Source of the DNA: Macrostomum lignano
Taxonomy: Eukaryota
Direction: 5' to 3'
Assembly (NCBI GenBank): GCA_002269645.1
Contig: NIVC01000617.1
Location: 372,001-436,000, forward strand
DNA: 64,000 bases
How positions within the stretch are numbered: the stretch's first letter is position 1; every line of letters starts with the position of its first letter. Both the position numbers and the translations under genes were made by a program. This document shows positions 13,329 to 28,558 of the stretch, piece by piece. The notes under the pieces were generated by a model. That model was not told the DNA's origin. It searched no databases and saw only the letters and a program-made list of their open reading frames with translations.

Positions 13329-13584
13329 ATTGCTATATCAATGATTTTTTGTTAAAATTTACAGTCGGGATCAGTAAAAGCAGATCTAATAGTCAGTTTT
13401 GTAGTTATAACAAACTTGCCTTACTCTCTACAGCTTAATGTAATAGGAACAAGTCAAGTGTTGTATTGATTGTGCGCAGAATTATTTTATAAGCTACCTA
13501 AGTTGGATTTTACTAGCAGAATAGTATATTTGTTCATTTTTTATATACAGTTTATATTGGCGACATTAGCAATAAGGTTTCAGG

Positions 13585-14209
13585 CAGGGGCGTCGCCAAC
13601 GGCGGGGGTCAGGTTGGACATGTCCTCCCCCCAGTAAAACATCTGGGGGACATGCCAATGCTTTGTCCTCCCACCCGACCTTGTGACCCGTTATGGAGAG
13701 CAAAATTTTGCTGCAGGGCGACAAAACATAGTGCTTGCGGCGCTAAAATCAGTGCCTTCGGCGCTAAAATGAGTGCCTGCGGCGCTAAAATGAGTGCTTG
13801 CGGCGCTAAAATCAGTGCCTTCGGCGCTAAAATGAGTGCCTGCGGCGCTAAAATGAGTGCTTGCGGCGCTAAAATCAGTGCCTTCGGCGCTAAAATGAGT
13901 GCCTGCGGCGCTAAAATGAGTGCTTGTGGCGCTAAAATTAGTGCCTTCGGCGCTAAAATGAGTAACTGCGGCGCTAAAATGAGTGCTTGTGGCGCTAAAA
14001 TCAGTGCCTTCGGCGCTAAAATGAGTGCCTGCGGCGCTAAAATGAGTGGCTGCGGCGCTAAAATCAGTGCCTTCGGCGCTAAAATGAGTGCTGACAACAC
14101 CGATTCTGACAATAATGTACATGTAAGAATTTAGTCATGTACATGTACGAGCTATAATTATTGGCTTTGTCCCCAGCCCCCCACCATAAAATCCATGGCG
14201 ACGCCCCTG
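13585..14209. mobile_element. hAT-like MITE (625 bp) with an internal 21-bp tandem array
   Basis: TIRs caggggcgtcgcca / tggcgacgcccctg. Perfect 8-bp TSD gtttcagg at 13577-13584 and 14210-14217. Internal (gcggcgctaaaatgagtgcct)n at about 13735-14090. Confidence 0.9.
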
Positions 14210-17200
14210 GTTTCAGGACAAAGTCGTCCTGAAATTTTACCAAAATTCATTGGAGTTAACATGCATAAAATAATTAGAAAGGCGTCGTTGTCAGTTTTAT
14301 TAGAAAAGATCAACAGACCGGTAACTAACGAATTATTATTGCATCGCTGTTGTTCATTGCGTCAATTGCTATACTTTGTATCTCCGAGCACCTGCAGCTG
14401 TACCCCTATATAAAATATATATTTCTGCACGACTGCACCACAAAGTGTTTTTATTCTGCAAGTAAGTCATTTTGCCTCAATTTACCCTATATTTTGTTTT
14501 GGGTAAAATTGTGAATTTTTCCTACACTGTATTTCAAGCAAGACTTATCAGCGCCGAAACTTACAATATAAAAGTGTGTGTTGTTTTAGATTTAATTATT
14601 AGTTGATTGAATTATGCATGTAGCTATGTGTATTATTAAGTTATAGATTTCTCTAAATTAACTATTGACTTACCTCAACTGTTTATGTTCACAAGTTTAC
14701 AGTTAAACAGAAGATTAATAACTATTGGTTGAAACCAGTCTGTCCTAGTCTATAGTCTTTTTTGAAACTATTATAATAAAGACAAATAATTTTTGTTTTT
14801 TTTTGTTTAAAACCAAGCACTACATAGTATACTTTTCTGTCATAGTTTAAGATAAAAGAATGATACAAATTCTACACAAAACCTCGAATTGTTTTTTTCT
14901 TTGCAACTGATCAAGTCTGTAAATATTAGGTTGCATGTACATGTATATCCGTCCAAACTCGTACTTTTTGTGAAGTTATTTAATTATTTTTTGTTTTTTT
15001 CTGAGCCGCCTAGATTAAACGTTTCATTCCCTACAGACAGTAAGCGCCTGTGTAATATTCTTTCGCGATTGTTATACTCTTTTCTCTTTTTATTTCGCTA
15101 TTTTCAGCTTTTGATTTCGTTTTCATGTACACTAATTGTTTTCTATATCACTGGTTGTGATAAAAATTGAATTATGTAACGTCTTTGTGACATGTAAATC
15201 CTAAGCTCGCATTCTTTATGCTCGTGGATCCGGTCGTAAAATATGTTTATCCTGATTTTTACTACCTGTATTTAACTTCTCTTTATTTTAAACAGCTCCA
15301 TACATATCCTGTTAATAACTGATAAATGAATCCACATTCCTTCTAGTTTATTGATCTTTTTTATCAGATATTGATCGTTAATCTTTAAAACTTAATTGAT
15401 ACTCGTATCTTTTATGTGCGGACTGCACTGACCAAAGCTATAAAATATTTTTCTTGTTACTATTCTTTAATATCTTGTGTTTGTAATTGACTTTTCGTTT
15501 TTTATGGCAAACGCATATATTTATAACTGTCGATATGCATAACAGCTCTATCTGCATAACAGATCTATATTTTTTTATCGTGTCAATATTTAGTTCTTAT
15601 ATATGCACAAAACTGTACAGATCCTGCAAATGAAGTTTTTGCCAGAAGATTTGCCGCTTTTGTTCTTTTTTGTAATTGCATGTCTTATCCACATAATATT
15701 TTAAACGAAATTATTGCAAATGTCCTGGGAGATCCAGGTCTTTCTTTTAGAAACCAATTATAGCAGCCTATAGACGGAGCATTATATATTATTAGCACTC
15801 TACTCGTCATGCCAAAAAATATAACTACATGTAAGTTGCGGTATACATGTATACATAAAAGCCCAGAAAGAAACACTGCGCATGTATTCTAAATTCCTAA
15901 ACAGAAGAAATGTCTCGTGAGGATCATAGAAAACCAACAATAAATTTACATATACATGTACAATGTAAAGTAACGCGACTCGCAGTCACAATCACAAAAA
16001 AATACAGCCTGCAGTCCAGGACGGCCAAGATATCAGGCGCGCGCATATATTCGAGCTGAACCATAGCCGGAAAAACATACGCATACAATTACCCGTAATT
16101 ATATCTTCTTGTAAAAGAAATGTAGGACGCAACTTACATAAAGTTCCAAACAGTTAAATCTGTTTGTGTCACGTGCATGTGTTCGGTTGAATTCTGGCCT
16201 AAGAAATATGCAGTCCAATTGGTATACATGTACCAAAAAGTTAAATAATTTACATGATATGTAACTGCACTATTAGCAAGGTCAAATCTAAAAAAAATTA
16301 ATCGTGTAGAGAATTTTAATTAAAATTATACAATTTAGTAATATCGATCTGCTAAAATGTATGATCTTACCCGCCTGTCGCGGGTAATTTAAACTGACAC
16401 TTTTTACTTTGTACGAAATTTTAAAGACCATTAAAACAAATAAAATAGTTTTCTTAAATTCATCGCCTTATTAAAAATAGGATAATCTTTATGCACATTT
16501 TTCTGTAAAAATATACGCGTAAAGATGGTATAAAGCTGAGAAAACTCTTAACAGACTTTTTAACGTTACTCTGTAACGAAATAACATTTCCGACTGCTTT
16601 TAACAGCATTTGATTTCCATATTTGGGTCTTTATGTTCCAACCTGACGTATTTGTTTTTTTCACAAATCTTTCAAATTTTGATAGGCCTATTAAATTTTA
16701 ATGCATGTTTTATGTCGCGAATTACGACTAGTCATATACTTAGACAGGGCTAAAATGTCTCGTACTCAGCCTTAGTTTTTTAATTTCTATTTATGGCTTG
16801 TATTTGTAGGCCTAGCCCTAAGCTTAGGCGGAATTAGGAATAGGTCAGCTATAATAACTTAAGGATACTTTCCTCCCCTACCAATGCCGAACCGAACTAC
16901 AAGCTAGGCCCAAACCAAACAAACACATGCTTAATTCAATAGTAATAATGTATACAGTATATATAATAGGCCTAGCCATAACGCATAAGCCATGGATGTA
17001 GTAGGCCTCTTGGCTCTTGAGTCTTGACTATCTTATCTAGGTATATTATACTCAGGTCAAGACTCAAGATAATGTTTTCTAGGGTAGGCCTATTTTCTCA
17101 TGCCACACTGAAATAGATTTCTAATTAAAATTTCTAGCATATAGACTATAGTATAGATATAGAGCAAGATATCTAGAGCTAACTGTGCAGCTGTACTATG

Positions 17201-17689
17201 CGTAGGCCCCCCCCCCTATATATTAGCCATAGTTCTAATTATATATTTGGCCTAGGCCTAGGCCTAGTGTATGCCAGGTCCAGTATGGGAAAGTATAGGA
17301 CTTAGACACTTAGATTGTATGCTAGAACTAAATAATGTTTTTGTTTTCATACCAATGTTGTATGCTTTTTAATTTATTTTAAGATATGTATCTTTTTAGT
17401 TTTGCTTTTCATTTGAAATCTATTCTATTAATTGTTCATGCAGACTAACAAAAAAGTAAAAAATTATGCTCTTTTGTGATATCAGCATATATAACTTAGA
17501 CTAGACTCTAGATAGTAGTAGGAAATTTCTAATATAAAGGATAACTTGGAGTATATTATTAGTAGTAAAGCCTATATAAACTTAGCAATGCTAAACATAG
17601 CATAAGTATAATAGGCCTAAGCATAAGCCTAGCCTAGCATAGTTAATATAAAAAGCTAGGTAGGCACCTAATGTGCCTATAACAGTTTT

Positions 17690-19130
17690 TATTCCTGTTA
17701 TCTTCTGCTTACAAATCAGAAAAACTTTCAAACACACCTGGCCTCTGAAGGCCCTATTATAAGTGTGAGGCTCACATCTTTGAACCAAATTTCTCTATGT
17801 GCCAAAAATTTATTCAATGTGGTATATTTCATAGTCAAGCAAGCAAACCGGTTTAGTTGACAAAATGAAGAGCAATGCATAGTTTGAGTAGGGCAGGGTT
17901 ATCGCTTGAGCAGTTTTCTCTGTCCCATTATTAGGCAACCATATCACCCTCCCTCCAAAGCATTGCTACGAGTCTATTGTCATGTATTTGCAGGCTACTA
18001 GCTTAGCCTTCAAACCTTAGCTTTGTTATCTGCTCTTTAGTGAAGAGCTGGTCTAGCTGGATAGTACTAGTTAAGACGAGGAGGCCATTGTTTTTTCGTT
18101 TCAATGTAAGCACAATTCCAGTGCTTACATATCTTCCCCTTTTTTGAGACTGACACTCATGTTAGTCTGACATAAAAGTATTGCTTCTTCTCGATGTGAC
18201 TTCATCCTTGTAATAAGCAGCTTCATACTTGAACTTGTCACTTGTTTTTCTGGCTGAGCTAGTTAGTCAGCTGATTAGTTATGCGTTGTTGTTGAGTCAG
18301 TCTGGGCTAGTTGTGTTTGCTAGAAGTTACAAACTAGCAAGTCCCTTCTATTCAAAGTACAGTTTGTGTTTGTGTTTTTCATGGGGCTCTTTTCCCCCGA
18401 AGTAGTTGTTCATAGTTTACTCAATTTTCAATTTGTGGATATCTTGAAATACAATTGCTGCAAAACTCCATCAGGCTTGCCTGGTTGCATGTCTAGTTTC
18501 GCATCAGGCAATGTTACTAATTGAGTTTAAATTCTTACTTGTTTAATTGATCTGTTTTGTATACCAAGTTGTAGGCCAAAAATTTAAAGAAATGACTGTT
18601 AGATGTTATGTTTGATCCAAAATTATGCCTTGACCAACTTAAACACTACGCGCATAGAAAATGAATAGGTTTTGTACCAATATCTCTTGGAAGGCCATTT
18701 AAGGCATTGAGTAAAATGGCAGCTGCACATTTATAATGGCTTGATGTGTCACAGTTGCATCTTAATGTTGTTAAGCATACCACATCAATAATTGTCTCTT
18801 GGCTCTCTGGAGAATCTTGGTTGGTTAAGGACATTAATTACGTTGGGCTTCCAATTTCTAATAATGTTGAAACATGTTGCAACTTGGTCTTCTGGCTTGC
18901 TTGATGAGATGACTCGTTGACTTCACACAATCTTGATCGAGCATGTTCTTTCTGACCTATGGCAGGATTATGCTATCTAGCAATGGAGAAGGCTTGTTTT
19001 ATTCCTGTTATCTTCTGCTCACAAGTCAGAAAGACTTTCAAACACGAAACACACCTGGCCTCTGAGGGCCCTGTTATGAGTATGAGGCTCATATCTCTAA
19101 ATCTCTCTGTGCCACAAATTTATATTGTTT
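17690..19130. mobile_element. Decayed element bounded by ~130-bp direct repeats, possibly a retroelement remnant
   Basis: tttattcctgttatcttctgct...aaacacacctggcctctga...ggctca occurs at about 17690-17815 and 18995-19125. The sequence between them has broken reading frames. Confidence 0.4.
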
Positions 19131-19283
19131 TATCTAATTTATAGCCCTAATATTATTCAATCTACAAAGGAATTACAAAAGTTTCTAGACTGTTTACTAT
19201 AAATAATATGGCTTTTTTAATAAATTAAAGTTTTTTCTACATTCTCTTTCAAGTTTATTTTATTAAAGCATTAAATTTCACAG

Positions 19284-19569
19284 TATACATGCGCAACCTC
19301 CAAAATTTGATCAGCTGTGCAATTTAGTTTTAACAAAAAATGTAGTTTTAGGCCAATAAATATGACTTATGTGTAAAAGACACCCTAAAGCAAAATAAAT
19401 GCAACTTTTGGTAGATGGCAGAAGTAACTATGACTTTCTTTTTAGGCAAAATGTCTCATTATCTACTTTTAGTACTACTTGGGTATTTATTTAGGTGGGC
19501 ATTTTTGCAACTGACCTTTGTTGGCTGCCAAATCAATTGGCCAGATTAGCTAACTATTGTGCATGTATG
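19284..19569. mobile_element. hAT-like MITE, copy 2 (286 bp)
   Basis: Same family as 3037-3288. Perfect 8-bp TSD tttcacag at 19276-19283 and 19570-19577. Confidence 0.85.
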
Positions 19570-19976
19570 TTTCACAGCAATACTATATTATGCACCTGCC
19601 AAAAGTTGAGCACTAGAAAAGTATATTCAAGAAATTTAATACAATTTCAATTTTTGCACTTTTTGTTGATGTAGACAAAATGGTATGCGCTTATGTTTGG
19701 TATCAAAAATTATTCTAGGTTTGCTTGATGAATGGCATTCAAGTCAGGTTATAAGTGAATAACTTATTGAATCAATATTTTTTGCTTTTTATTGCTTCTC
19801 AATAGAAGTGGCATGCATGCATTTAGGCCATAGACAAAAGTCATAGACAAAAACCATAGACTTCTTAAATCATGTTATGTTATAAAATTCTTGGTTACAG
19901 TTTTGCAATGCTCATAACTTTGGGAGGCACATGGTATTGCTATGAAATTTTATGCTTCAAAAATGAAAGAGAGAAG

Positions 19977-20325
19977 GGGGGCCATAGCCCAGCAGTAGTG
20001 CAGCTGCTCTGGTGTGCCAGCGGCCCAGGCTCGATTCCAAGTGCAGTCACATTAATTTGGGGCTGAATTGGAATCTCGGCTTGGCTCTGCTCATGCAATT
20101 AACGGCCTTGAGAGCCAATCCCCCAAGGCGCAGTGAAGTGTACATGCCTAACCATAAATAAAGTTAGCGCCGCTGTACATTCCTGTGTGAGTGTGTGCCT
20201 GCGTACGTATCTGCACGCTTGTATGCCTGCTCAGGGGAGTCGGCGGAATGGGCAGTAATGCCTCTCGCCGGTTGTGTGCCAATGTCGCTTAAAGTGCGCC
20301 AGGGTGCACACAACCCCCCTACCTA
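19977..20325 (+). mobile_element. tRNA-derived SINE, family A, near full length
   Basis: Head has A-box-like tagcccagcagt and B-box-like ggctcgattcc. The body (cagtgaagtgtacatgcctaa...ataaagttag) recurs in reverse at about 26640-26890, 30120-30312 and 32760-32865. Confidence 0.7.
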
Positions 20326-20816
20326 TAATTAAAAAATGTGAAAGAGAAAAATCCTTCTGTCCACTGCAAACATAGTCCAGAAACATTTGCAACACCCCTT
20401 GTAATTATTCCCTATCTCTATTGCTGTCAAACTCTCTGGCCAACAAATCATTTCATTCTAATGAAGAACCCAAAGCCACTGTGTTGGAAAATTTTTGCTA
20501 GGATGTTAGAATTTTTAGACAAGAATTGAGTAGCTTGTTGAGTGTTGTCAGATTATTTGAGGCTAATGGAGATTATTTAAGGTACTGAGTGCTCTGACTT
20601 TGTTGCATATAGGGATATAATTTCAGGATGTTGAAAATGTGTACTCAATTTAATAAAATCTTGAATATGACATTAAAACTTTTAGATATGAATAGTAAAT
20701 ATGAAATGAAACATTACTATCAGATCAAGTGGACTATTCCACATTGCAACCATCTTTTCAGTTTAACTTTGATTTCTAATATTGAGTGTCGCAGCCTCTC
20801 TGTCTAGATAAAAGCA

Positions 20817-23342
<2,526 letters not shown>

Positions 23343-23524
23343 ACAGCAAAATTTTGTCGCGGTTACCACGGATACTAAAATAACTAGATAAGCCAGTCGC
23401 AAAAAATGCACTCGTCTACTTTTTTTCATTAGCAAGATTAGCGTTTTTTAGTCCTAAAATATTTAATGTTTTTAATGGTACAACAATCACCTTGCTTTCT
23501 ATTGTAGATGCAGATCTCTCTCCG

Positions 23525-23840
23525 TACTGCTCTCTCATTGGCTGAGCTAGACTGGGCCTGCCCTCTAGGTTGAGTTTTCGTCCATCTGACTTTCACCTCT
23601 CTCCTTACTGCTCTCTCATTGGCTGAGCTAGACTAGGCCTGCCCCCTAGGCTGAGTTTCGTCCGTCTGACTTTCACCTCTCTCCTTACTGCTCTCTCATT
23701 GGCTGAGCTAGATTGGGCCTGCCCCCTACCGCCCTAGGTTGAGTTTTCGTCCATCTAGCTTCAACCTCTCCTTACTGGTCTCTCATTGGCTAAGCTAGAT
23801 TGGGCCTGTCCCACATAGGCTGAGTTTCGTCCGTCTGACA
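23525..23840. repeat. About 80-bp tandem repeat, 4 copies, downstream of the Smad stop
   Basis: ctctctcattggctgagctagac... begins at about 23530, 23611, 23691 and 23778. Confidence 0.85.
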
Positions 23841-26639
23841 TTCAATTGTTTATTTTCAACCCCATATGCTCCTGTCGCCACATGGGAAAGAAAATTTTAG
23901 CTACCAAATTAAATTTTAGTTACACTGTAGACAAACTACTGAAAGAAGAGTAGACGTTCCACTTTTTACCAATTTTTGTACGAGTGACATATCTAGTTTT
24001 TCCAGTATCTACGATTATTGCTAACACCTGCAGACATGGACTCATTCTTTTTTGATCATCATCAAATCTATATACTACTTAGTAAGTCTTTGTAATTCAA
24101 GTAGTTCTGTCAAAATGTTACAACTAGAATAAATTTTATTAAAATGCTAAAAATGCAGTAAATTTATCTTTTAGACACTTGACAATTAACAAGTGTTTGT
24201 TTAAAACGCACACAGAATCTCACAGTAAAAGTATGCTTAACGTATTGGTAAATAAATAATGATATGCTGTTTTATGCTGATTTTAGGAGGTTATAAATTA
24301 GTAGTTTGTTATTATCCGCAGGTCGCAGCTCCGTTTCTAGTTATATAATTTGTTTTATTTGTTAATTTGATGCTTGTTTAGTTATAATTTTTGCACAGAA
24401 AATACACAACCAAGAGACAGAACAATGTTATATCTGTTATATAAATAAGTTGTTGATGCCTAATTATCATAAATGTGTCTTAATTATGTACAAATATAAA
24501 CAACAATATTGTTTATTTTGCAGCACATGTTTTCAAACTATTATTAGTTATATAGGTAGTACTTTCTTTTATTTGTAAATTGTTACTTTTAACATTTTAC
24601 ACTATTATTTATTTCCACATTATGCTACTGTTATTAATACCGAAAGGCCTTATCCGTCTATTTGTGCTTTAGCCTATGGTATATCCTAATTTTCTATAAC
24701 AATTTATCGCGCTGCTAAATCAATGCCAATTAAATCCGTGTGCATATCAGTTCTTTTGCGCGTCATTTTGATATTTATGGTTTTTTATGTTCTATTACTT
24801 TTATTGCATGTGTTCGTGTGCCTTCTTGAACCATTGTACATCAATTGTTTACTTTGTGGATTGTGGGATCAACGCAAATAGTGGAAATTAATATATTACT
24901 TACCCAATATTGATTGTCAGTAGTTAATGGATCAGATAAATTTGTATTTAGGGATTAGTTATTGCCAATAAAAATTTCAATTCTTAAGGTTTCGTTTGCC
25001 TATGTTATGGTTCGTATGGTTAGTTTGTGTACGTTGGCTTGAGTACCCGGGGGTGGTGGGTGGTCGGCCCAGCATGTTAGCCACGGCCCTCGGCCTTCGG
25101 GCCAACCCTAATAGGCAAGGGGTCTAGCTAACCTGGTTTTTTGGGCACGGGCTTCCTGACTGGTATGTCGTTCCGCTGTCACTGTCCCCCGGGGAGGTTT
25201 TTGATCTGTCATTTGCCCTTTGTACAGTCCTCTTAGCTCCAATTAGGATCTCAGTGTACTTAAGTACACTCCCAACCTGGAATCCATATTCATCTAGTGG
25301 CGTAAGAGCCTGATCAATGGCTGAGGCGCCGAATTACTTATTACTGTTATTACTGTTACTGTTTGTTGCTCATATTTTTTTTCAGTTGCTGTTAAAACTG
25401 AACTTTCAACTTCGTTCACTCGTCAGTGTGTTTGCTGTTAAATAAAAAAAGTAATTATCTTTACTGCTGACGTAAACGTACTGCTACTTAATGTACTACT
25501 ATTATTATTTATATTGTTTTTTGACGTTACACCTGTTCTACTTGCGCGTACATATGACACATGCACATTTTGTATTTTATATATATTATATATTCATATA
25601 TACAAAAAACCTGTTTGTTTGACATTTTACGGTGCAAACTATGACGATGCTTATATATTAATATACATAAACACGTTTAAAAATGTGTGTAGACGTATTA
25701 AACATTGCTAAGATTACATTTTGCCTCTTGGTTACTTATTAAAAACTCTCACTAACGAGACGGGACTCTCGGTCTGTAACAGGCGAAGGTTCTTGACCCC
25801 CAACTGTAGGGTGGGGTTGGTGCACGGGGGATTGGGGTGGGCAATAAGCATGAGTCATCCCGATGACTCATCCCAAATGAGTCATCGCGAGGGCGCAGGA
25901 ATCACAGGGAAAGAAGAGAGTCTTAGAGAGGAGTCGAGAGGACGCGCAAAAATTAGTGGGGGCATAGGACACGCCTACGTCATTATCCGTGTGGAAATTA
26001 TGGTGGAAATTAGGAACTGTTATTATGTAAACTTAAGCTTATAAGGTGGGTCCCTAATTGTCCCTTCGCTTGTTCTATCCTAGGGTAATTTTTTTAACTT
26101 TTGCCAAATCCAGCTTTCTGGTGTCACTGTGAGCAGAATGACGTCATTTGGGTACAATGGTCACTCGGGCTCCACTTTATGAGCTCGGGTGCACGACAAT
26201 TGACTGCCACACAATTTGACTGCCGACAATTTGATTCCGCTTTCAGGCGGAATTCACTACGAGTAGCAAAAATTAAAATGCGAGATAAGATTCCTAGATC
26301 TCATTTTTAGGGTTTTCCATGAATTGCATGTACTTTGAGTGTACAAGTATGTACGTATGCATGCAACTCTGGTATGCATTTCACTGGAGGTTCTGTAACA
26401 ATGTGAGCGATCTTTTGTGGGTCTAGTAATACATGCCGTGTAGTGTCTCTGATCTATTTGACTAACAAAATTTACTGGAATCGGTTAAAATTGCATGAAT
26501 TTCTGCTTCCGTATGTTTGTTAACCACTGTTTGTTGTTGGACAGAAGGAAAAGGTTGGAGTTTCGCTGATGCATGTTTTACGAGCTAAATTGACTTTTGC
26601 TCCTGGCTCTGATGCTCTCTGCATGTTCTTCATTGGAGG

Positions 26640-26890
26640 CCTGTGTGCACCTTGGCGCGCTTTAAGCAGCAGTCACACAACCGGCGAGAGGCATTACTAC
26701 CCATTTCGCAGACTCCCCTGAGCAGGCACATAAGCGCGCGGATACGTTTGCAGTCATACGCACAGGCACACCCACACAGGAGTGTACAGCGACCCTAACT
26801 TTATTTATCGTTAGGCATGTACACTTCACCGCGTCTTTGGGGTTGGCCCTAAAGGGCGTTAATATCACACGAGCAGAGCCAAGCCCCTGT
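26640..26890 (-). mobile_element. SINE family A copy, head truncated
   Basis: Reverse-complement match to the body of 19977-20325. Confidence 0.65.
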
Positions 26891-27295
26891 CTCTTGGTTT
26901 GGCGCCCCCTGTCTCTTAGTTTGGCGCCCCTGTCTCTTGGTTGGCGCCCAGTTGTATATCTTGGTTGGCGCCCCTGTTTCTTAGTTTGCTTCGATTTCCT
27001 ACTCTGTCTCTTAGGCTGTGTTGGTTGCCAGAGGTTTTTGGCAAAAGTTGAGCTTCCTGTCATTTGTCTAAGCCATGCATTCAGTTTCATCTGTTTATTC
27101 ATGCTTCATTTGGCAAATAATGAATGCAACACCCCGCAATATTTAACGTAGCTAAAAGTGGCCTATTGGAGAAGAAAGCATTCGCCAATCAGAAAGGAAC
27201 ATGCCTGTACAGGTATTAAGTCATGACTATACCAGAAAAGTCTGTGCCGGAAAAAAGGAGAGAGCGCTCGATCAGCTTTTAAAAATCCTTTAGTA

Positions 27296-28558
27296 ATGCA
27301 GCTTCTGATACTACTCACCTGCGTGGTATCAATAGTTGCCGTCTCGGCCACCAACTGCCCAGCCAAGAAGGCTTTCGTTGTTGCCCACCATGCCAGCGGA
27401 CAGGGACCGGCGGAGTTCGCCAAGCACGAACCGGTCGCTACCCGACCCCAATGCTCACTGATGTGCGCTCGCATATTCGACTGCTATGGCTTCTATTGGA
27501 GTCCGAATGCGTGCCACCTGTTTAACGTCACCGCCTTCTTCAGGCGGGTTCTGTGGCAATCAGTTTTTCCACCGAGCGATGTGTACACGCGAAAACTGCG
27601 TGAGTGTACAAATCGCGTGCGTGATTATATAAAGGATTAAAATCAGTCGATTGAAGTTGATTAGGAAACTGGATTTAAACTAAATAGTGAATGCAACTCT
27701 GAGGGGGTTTTGTTTTGTAACCTAGCAGTTAGAACACCGGACTCACGACTGAAGGTTGTTGGGGGTTCGATTCTTGAATCACTCCAAACAATTAGTGTCC
27801 TTGAGCAAGACAACCTTAACTCAGCATTGCTTCAGCCTTCAGTTCAACGTTGTAAAATGGGTGTCAGCATTAGCTGGGGTAAATTTAGGGGCTGTACGTG
27901 TGGTGACCGCCCCCCCCCCTCCCCCCAGTCCTTGGACTGAACAGCTGTACGCAGCAGCCTTCAGATGCGCCGCACAATATAATAGAGTAGCTGCGGCTGA
28001 GCTGTCGCCAGAAAGCAGGTTTAATCAATGATTATTAATTATTCGTGATTATCTTTTTACATTAGAACAGATACACAGTACATGTACATTTTCTTTTTGA
28101 TTTTATATTCTTAACTTGACATTACTGTAAAAATTTTCAGCGATATTACTCCTGCAGAGAGCTTCAACATGTAGGCAGAGTTCAACCGAACTACGGTTTA
28201 GAGGAGGCGATTGCCTACGAGCCATTGATGGCAATACAAACCAGAATTACTTTAAAAAATCCTGCTCCCACACAAGAGAAAGCAATAGCGAATGGTGGGA
28301 ATTGCTGAGCTGCCCAGAGCAGCGGTTGTCTCCACCGTCACCATCTACAACAGGCAGAACTGCTGCGCTGACCGACTCAACAAGTTCACACTGCAGGTGG
28401 ACGGCATTGAGTGCAACAATGTGAAACTATCGACTTCGTTCTCAGTATCCAACTTCACCTGCGCTGGCTATGGCAGCAGAGTTCGAGTTTCTATTTTTCA
28501 TGCTAAATTACCAGTCACCATTTGCGAATTTATGGCCTATGGATTTTATTTTCCGTAA
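27296..28558 (+). CDS. Secreted PAN/apple + F-type (fucose-binding) lectin domain protein, frameshifted in this sequence
   Basis: Exon 1 (27296-27599) encodes a signal peptide and a PAN-like CSLMCARIFDCYGFYW...C. Exon 2 (28141-28558) reads QSST...RAIDGNTN...SCSHT...WW, then shifts frame near 28299 to IAELP...VTIYNRQNCCADRL. Confidence 0.75.
27720..28030 (+). mobile_element. tRNA-derived SINE, family B, with a CORE/V-like central domain
   Basis: B-box ggttcgattc, then gtgtccttgagcaagacaaccttaac and tgtaaaatggg. A second copy lies at about 44115-44265. Confidence 0.65.

Noticed and set aside
13609-14134. ORFs of 143-167 aa with 7-aa repeats
   Set aside because: They come from the 21-bp array inside a MITE with clear TIRs and TSD.
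19977-20050. Functional tRNA genes (also at 27730, 30240 and 44115)
   Set aside because: A/B-box-like motifs are present, but there is no complete cloverleaf and they continue into shared repeat bodies, so they are SINE heads.
25040-25140. HDV-like ribozyme
   Set aside because: I could not place P3/L3 with the CC needed for P1.1 in any register. Only isolated hairpins are supported.
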